Below, piece by piece: positions 50,334-60,066 of a stretch of 64,000 nucleotides of DNA. Every line of letters begins with the position of its first letter. Position 1 is the stretch's first letter. The position numbers and the translations under genes are program-made. The notes beneath the pieces are model-generated. The model saw only the letters and a list, made by a program, of their open reading frames with translations. It had not been told where the DNA came from and did not search any database. This stretch comes from an uncultured bacterium (GTDB taxonomy: Bacteria; Patescibacteriota; Dojkabacteria; J137). The stretch spans positions 445,511 to 509,510 of the forward strand of contig OY969472.1 of NCBI GenBank assembly GCA_963700155.1, read 5' to 3'.

Positions 50334-52142
50334 TTATAGACTTGTAATCTGGTAAAGATTATCTAATTTAAACCCTCTCTTATCATAATATTCTCTTGTT
50401 CCAATGCTAGAAATAACTGCGAGTTTCTCAAAACCTTTTTCCTTCGAAATTTCTTTCGCTTTCTCAATTAATTTTGTCCCTAAACCAAGGTGCTGCGCTT
50501 CACCAGCTGAATCTTTTTTAAGTTCTAAACTTGGACCATAAACATGAACTTCCCGTATAACAGCGCAGCCACTTAGCTCAGAAGTTATTGGATTCTCATT
50601 TGAATCAGGAACAGAAAGTCGTAAAAAACCTGCTATTGATCTATCTAAAGCAATATACTGCAAGAAATATTCAGTCGTTAATTCTGTTCTATATTCAATA
50701 ATATCAAGCTTTAAATCATCAATCGTTACTTTTCTCCCTTTGATCTCTCTGTTCCTAATATTTGGATTTTTCCTGCCTTCATCTTTAAGTTTATATTCAG
50801 CAACTTCCCGAAGATTTGTAGTTTTATTTCCACCTTCAATTTCTTGAGAAGGAATATCTCGAATAATTCTTGTTAATCTACAATATTCTGGAGTATTCTC
50901 CATACAGTCTGCTATTAAATTTATAAGATCGTCTGCAGAATATGGTTGATATTTTCCTTCCAGAAATAAATTATAAAGCTCAGTGTTTTTTATTACCGAA
51001 GTAGGATAAATTTTTAATTCATCTGGCTTATAACTCTCCGATTCAAATAATTCTTTATAGACTTGAAGATCAATCTTAGGAGTTGCACCATAAAGGTTCG
51101 GCATTATATGTGCATGGATTTTAAAACCACCTGCTCTCAAGAGTTGAAAAGCTTTAGAAGTCTCAGCTCGGTGCTCACCACGCTTATTTAAATCGCTAAT
51201 ATTGTCATCCAGAGTCTGAATTCCTATCTGAATCTTTGTAGCACCGAGCTTTCGAAGATCATAAACCTCTTTCTCGGTGATTGTATCAGGGCGAGTCTCC
51301 AAGACGAGCCCAACACAACGGCTTTTTCCATTAGAATTTATATTTTGTTCTGAAACTAATTGTTCCCAAAGTTCATCTAAAGAAATTTTGGATAAATCAT
51401 CCTCAGAGATAAATTTTGAAATATATTCTTTGAACTCAGGGGTTTGAAGAAGCTGGTTATATGGTTTATCTCCAGTTTTTTTTCGAAGCTCATCATTAAA
51501 ATCATTTTCCAAGTCCTTTGTTATATCTACCTGTGATAAATCCTGATCATTTTCTTTAGAATTTTTTGTATGAAACTCATTCATTGCCCTAAAACATTCT
51601 TTAATAAACCAGACTTGATACTTTTTTGGATAATATACCCAAGTACCACCAAGAATTAGCAATTCTATTTTCTCAGTCGGATGCCCAATATTATCTAGCG
51701 CTTTTAAGCGATTGTAGACTTGAATATACGGATTAAATCTGTACATTAAAGCTCTCTGAGCACCTGGTTCAGTTGCGATATAGCTTTTAGGCATTCTTAC
51801 ATCATTAGGGCAAAATATGCAGTTCCCAGGGCATGCAAATGGCTTTGTAAGTACAGTTACTGTTGTAACTCCCGAAATTGTTCGCGTTGGCTTCATGCGG
51901 ATTTGAGATTTAAGTTCTTCAATTTGAGATCTTAAATTTTCATTATACTTATCTTCCCCAGCTAAAAACTCAAATCCGCGAATTAACTGATCTCTGCTAA
52001 AGATTTGGTTTTTATCTTTTGGATATTTCTTCAGAATTTTATCTAAAGCATGTTTTGAGAAAGTATCTAAAGACAAGGTTTCATCCAAAATTCCCTTTAG
52101 CTCAATTCTATATTTTTCAGGTTTAAAGTCATAATTCTTCAT
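50334..52142 (-). CDS. Elp3-family tRNA U34 carboxymethyltransferase (radical SAM + GNAT)
   Basis: KPTRTISGV, CPGNCIFC, GGT, ETRPD, LKIYP, REVHVYG, QHLGLG, IGTREYY. Confidence 0.92.
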   Translation of the reverse strand: MKNYDFKPEKYRIELKGILDETLSLDTFSKHALDKILKKYPKDKNQIFSRDQLIRGFEFLAGEDKYNENLRSQIEELKSQIRMKPTRTISGVTTVTVLTKPFACPGNCIFCPNDVRMPKSYIATEPGAQRALMYRFNPYIQVYNRLKALDNIGHPTEKIELLILGGTWVYYPKKYQVWFIKECFRAMNEFHTKNSKENDQDLSQVDITKDLENDFNDELRKKTGDKPYNQLLQTPEFKEYISKFISEDDLSKISLDELWEQLVSEQNINSNGKSRCVGLVLETRPDTITEKEVYDLRKLGATKIQIGIQTLDDNISDLNKRGEHRAETSKAFQLLRAGGFKIHAHIMPNLYGATPKIDLQVYKELFESESYKPDELKIYPTSVIKNTELYNLFLEGKYQPYSADDLINLIADCMENTPEYCRLTRIIRDIPSQEIEGGNKTTNLREVAEYKLKDEGRKNPNIRNREIKGRKVTIDDLKLDIIEYRTELTTEYFLQYIALDRSIAGFLRLSVPDSNENPITSELSGCAVIREVHVYGPSLELKKDSAGEAQHLGLGTKLIEKAKEISKEKGFEKLAVISSIGTREYYDKRGFKLDNLYQITSL

Positions 52143-52192
52143 CCGCTAATTTTAACATGCAGACTTAAACATAAAACTGATAAAATACATAT

Positions 52193-52945
52193 ATGAACTT
52201 GTATTCTAAATATGCAAAAGAGTTTTCTAACACACGAAAGTTACCATGGGCGGGCTGGGCAGTTATGGCTGAAAAGCTAAATCTGCAAAAGTTGCCCAGC
52301 CCGCTTAAAATCTTAGATCTTGGTTGTGGAAATGGCAGATTTGCGAAATATCTTTTAGAAAATGAAATCTCAGTTAATTATACAGGGATTGATAAATCTG
52401 CCGGGTTAATCTCAATCGCCCGAAATCAACTTTCAAAATTAAGATCTCTTGCTGACAGTGATCTTACCGAAAAGTATCAAGGAGTTAACAAAGATATCAA
52501 TTCTTTTAGAAATTCTAATTTCAAATTTTTAAGATTCAACCTCGAAAAAGATCCTTGGGAATCAGAACTTGACGGAGATTTTGATTTAATAGTCATATTT
52601 GGATTAATGCATCACATGTCATCTTTTAACTCAAGATTAGAGCTTTTAAAAAAATCAAAATCTCTTTTATCATCAAATGGATATTTAGCTGTTACTTACT
52701 GGCAATTTGGGAAACTAGATAGATATCAATATAAAATGCTTTCTGCAAACAAGCATATTGATAAATATAGCGATCAAGATTACTCACTCCCATTTGGCAA
52801 TACCAATGCAGTAAGATTCTGTCATTTCACAACCGAAGATGAAATAAAAGAACTTGAGAAACAATCTTCTTTAAATCTAAAGTATAATTTTGAAGCAGAC
52901 GGCAGGGAAAATAATGAGAATATTTATCGAATTTATTCTAAATGA
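52193..52945 (+). CDS. Class I SAM methyltransferase, Trm9/ALKBH8-like
   Basis: AKEFSNTRKLPW, LDLGCGNGR, LMHH, RFCHF...EI. Confidence 0.75.
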   Translation: MNLYSKYAKEFSNTRKLPWAGWAVMAEKLNLQKLPSPLKILDLGCGNGRFAKYLLENEISVNYTGIDKSAGLISIARNQLSKLRSLADSDLTEKYQGVNKDINSFRNSNFKFLRFNLEKDPWESELDGDFDLIVIFGLMHHMSSFNSRLELLKKSKSLLSSNGYLAVTYWQFGKLDRYQYKMLSANKHIDKYSDQDYSLPFGNTNAVRFCHFTTEDEIKELEKQSSLNLKYNFEADGRENNENIYRIYSK

Positions 52946-53583
52946 GATTCAGCACAAGACAATTAAAAACTCAACTATATATCTTTAGGCAAAAATACTT
53001 TACTTTAAGTACTTTTTTAAAGATATCATTTACATTAATAGTTATCTTCTTGGTATTACCTTTTTTTCTGGTTTTAATTGTTACAAGCGGTTATCAAAAA
53101 AAATTAATAAATTCTGTTGATAATATTCCTGAAGAACTTTCTACAGCAGTTTTAATCTCTGATAATAATAAGGATAATTTAAAATATCTTTTAGATTTAG
53201 CACAGAATGCTTATCAAGATAGAAAAATTAACTATCTTTATATTTATTTAATCGGTGATTCTAAGCAAGCAAAAGATTCTGATATTGAAGGTTATCTTGA
53301 TAAAATCCCCTCTGCTGAAATTAAAATAAATCGTGACAACAATACACCTTATGATATTTGTAATAGTACAAAAGATGTGTACAATTTGAGTAAATTTATT
53401 GTTTTTTCATTTACATCAACTGCAATAAGAACGACTTTCATCTGTAATAATATGAATTTATATTCAAAAGGAATTATCCCTAATGTTGATGAAGATTCAC
53501 TTGGAGTAACTTCTGCAAGTTTTACAGACTATTTAAATGATATTAATAAAATCTTTTTAGGATTTGAACTTCCTCTCAAGTAA
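52942..53583 (+). CDS. Membrane-anchored protein, possibly degenerate SanA/DUF218-like
   Basis: N-terminal TM; ATGA overlap with the upstream MTase; TPYDIC...VY segment. Confidence 0.45.
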   Translation: MRFSTRQLKTQLYIFRQKYFTLSTFLKISFTLIVIFLVLPFFLVLIVTSGYQKKLINSVDNIPEELSTAVLISDNNKDNLKYLLDLAQNAYQDRKINYLYIYLIGDSKQAKDSDIEGYLDKIPSAEIKINRDNNTPYDICNSTKDVYNLSKFIVFSFTSTAIRTTFICNNMNLYSKGIIPNVDEDSLGVTSASFTDYLNDINKIFLGFELPLK

Positions 53584-53622
53584 GATTGCAATAAACTTGT
53601 CTAAAATATAATATTAATAAGT

Positions 53623-54714
53623 ATGAATAATAAGAAGATAATTTTAATCATATTTGTAATTGTAGTAGTTCTTTGCGCTTTAGTCGTGACTATTCTGCTT
53701 CTTTTGCAAATCAACTCGAATCAGTCAACTGTTGAAAATCCTCCAACTTCTTATGTCTCTTATCCTAATGCTGTAGGTCCAGATGGTAAACCTATAGTTA
53801 AAGATTATGAATATGCACTTATAAATAAGGATGACAATATAAAAATAAAGACACTTTTAGGCGAAGAACTATTAATCAGCATTGATTCAAAAAACTGGAA
53901 AGAAGTTCAATGGTCTAAGGATGGATCTTATGTATCAGCCTTGGGAGAAACTAAAAAAGGAGTCTATAATCTATTTGTTTACAATATTAAAACTCAAGAT
54001 TGGAGACAAATTACAACTTTTGATAGTAATGGTGTTTCAAGTTATCAATGGGTAAATGATGACCAGTTATTATTTACCGAGGGTGGTTGGTTACATAGTT
54101 ATAAGTACTCATCAGTAAATGAGATTTTGAAAATTTACCAGATTGATGCTGTAATAGTTTCCTTAAGTCCCAACAAATCTACAGTAATACTAAAAAGTCC
54201 TTCAAATATATTTTCAATTCTTTCTGTAGAAGGGAAATTACTTTTTACTTTAGATCAGATTAATATTAAAGGCAGTGATCAAACTTTAAAGATTAAAGAA
54301 ATTCATTATAATGCAGACTCAGAAACATTGTTACTGATAACAGATACCAACAAATTCTATGATTGGGGATTAGGAGATTCTGAAGCAACAGAACTAACAA
54401 TAAATTCGGGTAATATTAAATTAAGTTCAGTAAATATTATGTGCTCTGAAGAAATTGATAAGTTTAAAACTTATACATTAACTAGTAGTGAAGTTGACTT
54501 TTACAATCTAGACCTTAATAACAATAAATTAAATTCTGTAACAACTAAAACTTCAGAAGAAAAAATAAGTAGTACACTTTTCCAGTGTTTAACTCAAGAT
54601 GATTTTATATTTGACATCGTTAATACCGATAAAAATAACTGGTATGAAGTAAAAGGTGATAAAATTGACCGACTCGTAGTTTTAGATGAAGCTGTAGAAG
54701 CTGCAATGAAATAA
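53623..54714 (+). CDS. Membrane-anchored TolB-like beta-propeller protein
   Basis: N-terminal TM; WSKDG, RQIT, LSPN motifs. Confidence 0.55.
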   Translation: MNNKKIILIIFVIVVVLCALVVTILLLLQINSNQSTVENPPTSYVSYPNAVGPDGKPIVKDYEYALINKDDNIKIKTLLGEELLISIDSKNWKEVQWSKDGSYVSALGETKKGVYNLFVYNIKTQDWRQITTFDSNGVSSYQWVNDDQLLFTEGGWLHSYKYSSVNEILKIYQIDAVIVSLSPNKSTVILKSPSNIFSILSVEGKLLFTLDQINIKGSDQTLKIKEIHYNADSETLLLITDTNKFYDWGLGDSEATELTINSGNIKLSSVNIMCSEEIDKFKTYTLTSSEVDFYNLDLNNNKLNSVTTKTSEEKISSTLFQCLTQDDFIFDIVNTDKNNWYEVKGDKIDRLVVLDEAVEAAMK

Positions 54715-54731
54715 TATTTTAAAAAAAATTT

Positions 54732-55085
54732 ATGCCACCAACTTCGGAAGAAATCGTAAAAAATGCAGAAGAGATTTTAAAAAATGAAGATCCTAACTTC
54801 GATAAAGAAGATATGGATAATGAGCAGATTCTGAACGAATTTATACTTCCAGGACTAAAGAACTCTAAAGATACTTTAAGCTCTATTTATGACTTCAGGA
54901 GTCGAAATCGGGCGGGTTTTTTAGGGAGGCTGAAAAGTATGCTGCAAAACAAGATAATAAACACAGTAATCAATGTCATGGAAAAACCCGCCATGAAGCA
55001 GCAGAAATTCAACGAACTAACCTACAAAGCTATCGAAGCTTTAATAAAAGAGAATGAAGAGTTAAAGAAGAAACTCCAGTCTTAA
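54732..55085 (+). CDS. Hypothetical coiled-coil protein
   Basis: 117 aa ORF; QQKFNE...ENEELKKKL. Confidence 0.6.
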   Translation: MPPTSEEIVKNAEEILKNEDPNFDKEDMDNEQILNEFILPGLKNSKDTLSSIYDFRSRNRAGFLGRLKSMLQNKIINTVINVMEKPAMKQQKFNELTYKAIEALIKENEELKKKLQS

Positions 55086-55140
55086 ATCATAAATGATATA
55101 ATCAACCAAATTACTTTGTGTTATAGATTATTACCCTTTT

Positions 55141-55905
55141 ATGTCCCCTGATAATTTTAAACAGAAAAATAGTATAAAAGAACTTCCTCAGCCAAAAGAA
55201 CTCTTTGTTATCCAAATTATTTTTGCAAAAAAAATTTCTGATTTGATAAACATTTCTTTTGAAGAAGCACTTTTAAAATATACTTCTTTTTATAAACGCA
55301 TTGGTATCCTCGACTGGGATTATAACGAAGATAACCCCAAATGGATAGAATTTTTAAATAGAATACATTCTGGAGTTGATCCAGCAGAAATAGCATACTC
55401 AATGTATTTAGATGATTTTCAAAAATCGAATGAGTATTCTAAACCCAGAAGTTGTTTTTCATATAATTATGATGAAAGTGAAAAAACTGTCTCGATTCAC
55501 TTTAGAAATAATTTTGCTAATCATGAAAGTCCATTATCAGATAGCAACAAAAACACTCGAGTAGAAGAATTAACAAGTATGTTCAAAGAGATAAAATCAA
55601 AATACCCTGAAGCACAGAGTGTTGAATGTGGCACATGGTTATTGGCATATGATTCCTTTAAAAGTTTTTTCCCTTTAGAATTTACTCAACATTTAGAAGA
55701 ACTTAAAGTTGGAAATAGAGGAATGGCTATATGGGGACAATTTATAACTAGCTCAGGACAGATAAATTATGAACGAATGGAACAGTTTTTAACTGCAGCA
55801 GAGAATTCGAAAAATATGCATGAATTACTTGATGCTTTCCCAATAAAATTTTACAAAGCTCTAACTGATATAAAATTCTTTTATGAATATTTACGGATAA
55901 AATAA
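55141..55905 (+). CDS. Hypothetical protein
   Basis: 254 aa ORF with ATG start. Confidence 0.65.
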   Translation: MSPDNFKQKNSIKELPQPKELFVIQIIFAKKISDLINISFEEALLKYTSFYKRIGILDWDYNEDNPKWIEFLNRIHSGVDPAEIAYSMYLDDFQKSNEYSKPRSCFSYNYDESEKTVSIHFRNNFANHESPLSDSNKNTRVEELTSMFKEIKSKYPEAQSVECGTWLLAYDSFKSFFPLEFTQHLEELKVGNRGMAIWGQFITSSGQINYERMEQFLTAAENSKNMHELLDAFPIKFYKALTDIKFFYEYLRIK

Positions 55906-55931
55906 TTGACACAACATGTTTTAATTCTAGA

Positions 55932-56408
55932 TTACACAACCTCATCATAATCCACCAAAAACCATTTATTATTTCTTAGTTCTAATGATTTTCTCAAATC
56001 ATAAAATTGAAATTCAAATTCTTCAGTATTTTCTTGAGATTTCTCAAAAGTTATTTCTATATCATTATTAAATTTGAAATAACCACCACTTTCTTCTAAT
56101 GAAATATCTATCAAGTTCAATTTTCTAGTTGATAGTTCTTCCAAAGTATCTGAAATTTCTTGATCATTAGAAGTCTTTATATCCAGAATCGTTCTTTTTT
56201 TTTCTAGAATTTTCCAGTACCGAGTTAAGTGAATTATAAATTCATAAAGACTATAGGTTCTCTTCTTGCCATGAACTTCATATGTCCTTTTTACTCTAAA
56301 ATCTCCTAAATCAACCCACAAATGTGTTCCTATCGACCACCAAATCTTTTGTAAAGGTCTGTTTAAAATTCTATTTATATATTTTTCTGAATTAGTAATT
56401 TTCTTCAT
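55932..56408 (-). CDS. Hypothetical protein
   Basis: 158 aa ORF with TGC-TATAAT 5 nt upstream. Confidence 0.6.
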   Translation of the reverse strand: MKKITNSEKYINRILNRPLQKIWWSIGTHLWVDLGDFRVKRTYEVHGKKRTYSLYEFIIHLTRYWKILEKKRTILDIKTSNDQEISDTLEELSTRKLNLIDISLEESGGYFKFNNDIEITFEKSQENTEEFEFQFYDLRKSLELRNNKWFLVDYDEVV

Positions 56409-56460
56409 AATCTATTATAGCAAATGGAATGTAACAGAATTTTATTGTATAATTCATTAA

Positions 56461-56614
56461 ATGCATTAACAGTTCGGATTAACGTCACCGAGCAAGCTGG
56501 AAGAAGAAATTATATTAAAGTAGATCTTCCCGGGACAAGCCCGTTAAAGCTTATGACAAGAGTCCTGGAGCTCCTTCAGGAAATAGAGGTGGTAACGCTC
56601 TTTCAGAGTCCTCT
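56461..56614 (+). ncRNA. T-box riboswitch (Val) with ultra-short Stem I
   Basis: AGAGG-TGGTAAC-GCTC-TTTCA-GAGT-CCTCT antiterminator fold, Stem III, CCGTTA F-box, Stem II with GAA/AGTA, GTC in the Stem I loop; TATAAT at 56448-56453. Confidence 0.85.
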
Positions 56615-56651
56615 TAATTCAGATATTATATAAATATTAATACGATTTAAA

Positions 56652-59483
56652 ATGGCTTTACCACAGGGTCCTTACAATCCAAAAGAATCAGAAGCAGAAA
56701 TGCTTAAATTCTGGCTGGATAACAAATTTTATAAACCAGAATATAATCCAAAAACAGATAAGGTCGAAACTACAGAAGAGATGAAAGCGGACGCGCGTAA
56801 GCCATGGGCTTTAATTTGCCCTCCACCTAATGCTTACGCGCGTCCGCACATCGGCAATATCTCTGGTTATGCATACCAAGATGCAATGGCAAGATATGCA
56901 AGAATGAATGGTAAAAAAGTTTTGGTACTTCCAGGAAAAGATCATGCTGGGCTTGAAGGTGAAGGAGTTTTTGTTAGAGAAGTTTTAGAAAAACAGGGTA
57001 GATATAAATTCGATATGAAGAGAGAAGACTTCTATAACGAAATGATGGAGTTTTTCGAAAAGAATATGGATATAGCTTTAAAAGATGAAAGAGAAATTGG
57101 GCTTTCTGCAGATTTCGATAGAAATACTTTTACACTTGATCCTGATATAGTCGAAACTGTTTTAGATACTTTTGTTGAAATGTATAAAGCAGGAATGATT
57201 TATAAAGGAGTTAGAATTGTTAACTGGGACCCAAAAGCAAGAAGCGTTATAGCGGACAATCAATGTGAAAGAGAAGAACGAGAAGGAACTTTGTATTATA
57301 TAAAATATCCGATAGTTGATAGTTCTGAATTTATTACAGTAGCAACAACAAGACCAGAAACTATGTTTGGCGATACTGCAGTTGCTTTTAATCCAGATGA
57401 TAAAAGATATAAAAATTTAATTGGTAAAAAAGTAAGAATTCCACTAACCGATATTGAAATACCAATAATTACCAGTTTTAGAGTTTTAACGGATTTTGGC
57501 ACAGGAGCCTTAAAAATTACTCCAGCTCATGCACAAGATGATTACCAAATTATGATGGAGTGGAATAGCCAAAATCCGGATAACAAGATTAGCTATCGAA
57601 ATGTTATAGGACAAGATCTTAAACTAACAGGAGCTGTTCCTGCAAAATATAAAGGAAGAAAGTACAAAGAAGCACTACCTGAAATAATTGAAGATTTAAA
57701 ACAAGCTGGGAATTATGTAAAAGAAGAAAAAATCAAACAAAATATATTAATATCCGAAAGAACGAAAGCTATTGTTGAACCAGTAATTTCTTCACAATGG
57801 TATTTGAAATACGACAAAGAAGACCACAATATTAAAGAAGCTGCAATGAAAATGGTTCAAAATGGAGAAGTTAAGATTCATCCCGAGAATATGGTTCAAA
57901 AATTCAATCACTGGATGGAGAATTTAAGAGATTGGGCAATTTCGAGATCATTGTGGTGGGGATATAGACTTCCTGTTTGGTATGCTGGCCAGATTTCCGA
58001 AGAAATTGATGAAAATGGACAGGTCAAAGAATTTATTGAAATTAATGGTAAGAAAGAAGAGTTAGACTATTCAAATCCAGACCACCTAAGAGTTCAAAAA
58101 CTCTCTCCTGATATAAATAGTATCAACTTAATTTTAATCCCAGGTAAGCATGGTTATGCACACAAAGAACTTTATCCTACAATAAAAACTAAATTTAAAA
58201 ACACCTTAGAAATTAGAGTTAACAATATAGACAGCCCGAGTACCAATGATTATATAGAGGCTCTAAAGAAAATAGAATTTAACCAAAAAGATATAGTTTT
58301 AGCCCATTCACTCGGGTGTAGAGCCATTATTAGGTACATTTTGGATAATAAACTCAAGTTAAAACATCTTATACTTTTAGCTCCCGGTGCCAGATTAGAG
58401 GGTAGAAAAGATGGGAAAGATTCAAAATACCTGTATCTAATTACTAGTATTAAAGACTATAACAAATTAAGCAATTTAGTTGAAAAAATTACAGTAATAT
58501 ATTCAGATGATGATCCATTAGCATCAAAAGAGGATTTTGAAAAATTTATATTACTTTTAGGAGATAAAGCTGAAGGCATCCTAGAACAAGGTAAGGGGCA
58601 TTATTGTGAAGAGAAAGGAACATCTGATTCCAAAATATTAGATAGTATTCTTGCTCCCTACTCATCTGAACTTACAAACTCAATATGGCACCAAGATGAT
58701 AACGTTTTAGACACATGGTTTTCATCAGGACAGTGGGTTTATGCAATATTATCAAAATACAACTTAATGGATACATTCTTCCCTACAAATGTTTTAGTTT
58801 CAGCTTCAGATATTTTAGAAAATTGGGATTCAAGAATGATGATGTTTACTTACTTCAAACATAAAAATATTCCATTTAAAAACTTATTCTTAACAGGATT
58901 AGTTCTCGGAAAAGACGGACAAAAGATGAGCAAATCTCGAGGTAATATAGTTGATATTGATAGAGTAAAAGATATATTTGGAACAGACTCATTAAGAATG
59001 GCATATTTCTATCAAAATTCAGCAGGTGGATCTTATGTAATTTCTGATGACAAGTTAAAAAACTTTAAACAATTTAATAACAAACTTTGGAACGCTTCAA
59101 AATTTGTCTTAATGAATACAGAAAACTTAAAAGAATTTGAGGGAGATGAGTCTATTAGTAAGTGGAGCAATGAACTTTTACAATATATTGCTGATCTAAA
59201 AATTAAAATTACTGAAAATATAGAAAATTATGAATTTGGATATGCGACAGAAACACTTTATCAGGAATTCTGGCATACTTTCTGTGATAAATATATAGAA
59301 GAAAGCAAAGTACACTTATTAAATCAATCTGAAAGAATGGAAGTTCAAAGTACACTTTTATATACACTTAAAGAGTTTATAAAAATGCTTCACCCATTTA
59401 TCCCATTTATAACTGAAAAGATCTGGCAAGAAGTTCCTAAAAATAACTATGACCACAAAAGTTTAATGTACACCACTTGGTAA
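56652..59483 (+). CDS. valS: Valine--tRNA ligase with inserted alpha/beta hydrolase domain
   Basis: PPPNA...HIGN, ATTRPET, GTGALKITPAH, DWAISR..WWG, VLDTWFSS, KMSKS. Confidence 0.95.
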   Translation: MALPQGPYNPKESEAEMLKFWLDNKFYKPEYNPKTDKVETTEEMKADARKPWALICPPPNAYARPHIGNISGYAYQDAMARYARMNGKKVLVLPGKDHAGLEGEGVFVREVLEKQGRYKFDMKREDFYNEMMEFFEKNMDIALKDEREIGLSADFDRNTFTLDPDIVETVLDTFVEMYKAGMIYKGVRIVNWDPKARSVIADNQCEREEREGTLYYIKYPIVDSSEFITVATTRPETMFGDTAVAFNPDDKRYKNLIGKKVRIPLTDIEIPIITSFRVLTDFGTGALKITPAHAQDDYQIMMEWNSQNPDNKISYRNVIGQDLKLTGAVPAKYKGRKYKEALPEIIEDLKQAGNYVKEEKIKQNILISERTKAIVEPVISSQWYLKYDKEDHNIKEAAMKMVQNGEVKIHPENMVQKFNHWMENLRDWAISRSLWWGYRLPVWYAGQISEEIDENGQVKEFIEINGKKEELDYSNPDHLRVQKLSPDINSINLILIPGKHGYAHKELYPTIKTKFKNTLEIRVNNIDSPSTNDYIEALKKIEFNQKDIVLAHSLGCRAIIRYILDNKLKLKHLILLAPGARLEGRKDGKDSKYLYLITSIKDYNKLSNLVEKITVIYSDDDPLASKEDFEKFILLLGDKAEGILEQGKGHYCEEKGTSDSKILDSILAPYSSELTNSIWHQDDNVLDTWFSSGQWVYAILSKYNLMDTFFPTNVLVSASDILENWDSRMMMFTYFKHKNIPFKNLFLTGLVLGKDGQKMSKSRGNIVDIDRVKDIFGTDSLRMAYFYQNSAGGSYVISDDKLKNFKQFNNKLWNASKFVLMNTENLKEFEGDESISKWSNELLQYIADLKIKITENIENYEFGYATETLYQEFWHTFCDKYIEESKVHLLNQSERMEVQSTLLYTLKEFIKMLHPFIPFITEKIWQEVPKNNYDHKSLMYTTW

Positions 59484-59562
59484 CAAGTTGTTTTATCTTC
59501 CTTAATTGACGGTTTATATAAATGGGCTTTATAATCACACCAGTAATTATTATAGTATTTTA

Positions 59563-59937
59563 ATGGACTATTTAGCACCTGAGAAAAGAGATCTTATAAA
59601 AGCAGCAGAATATGCTGAAACATCTACTTATCCAATCAGGGTACTTGCCAAAAAATATCAAGATATTAGAGCAATGTACGGCTACTCTTTAACACTCCCA
59701 GCTTTAGCAGTTTTCACTGGTTTGAGTTTACATGAAGTTCTAGAAATGTATATTTGTGACTTCATTGGAGAAAAAACTTTAGAAGATTTAAAATCTGAGC
59801 TAAGTTCTACAGAAACCCAAATTGAATTAAATGATATTGATTATGATCTTTCAGAGGAAACTAATGATTTGGAGAATAGAAGATCTAATTTGGTAAGTGC
59901 TATAAGATATTTAGAAACTGGTGAAATTTCTTACTGA
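59563..59937 (+). CDS. Hypothetical protein
   Basis: ORF track 59506..59937; first ATG at 59563. Confidence 0.5.
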   Translation: MDYLAPEKRDLIKAAEYAETSTYPIRVLAKKYQDIRAMYGYSLTLPALAVFTGLSLHEVLEMYICDFIGEKTLEDLKSELSSTETQIELNDIDYDLSEETNDLENRRSNLVSAIRYLETGEISY

Positions 59938-60066
59938 AAGTATTCACAATTCCTTTATAGTTCACGTAATTCATTACAAACTTTTTACAATTCCATAACT
60001 TATAGCTTATAGTATTTTCTTAATATTTTAATAATAAATCATATTTTATTTATTATCTTATAGTCT

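Noticed and set aside
56424-56633. 69 aa ORF upstream of valS
   Set aside because: It overlies the promoter and T-box structure, which explain the sequence better.
58110-58680. Intein in valS
   Set aside because: No C/S start with HN-C/S/T end and no LAGLIDADG motif; the motifs are those of a serine hydrolase.
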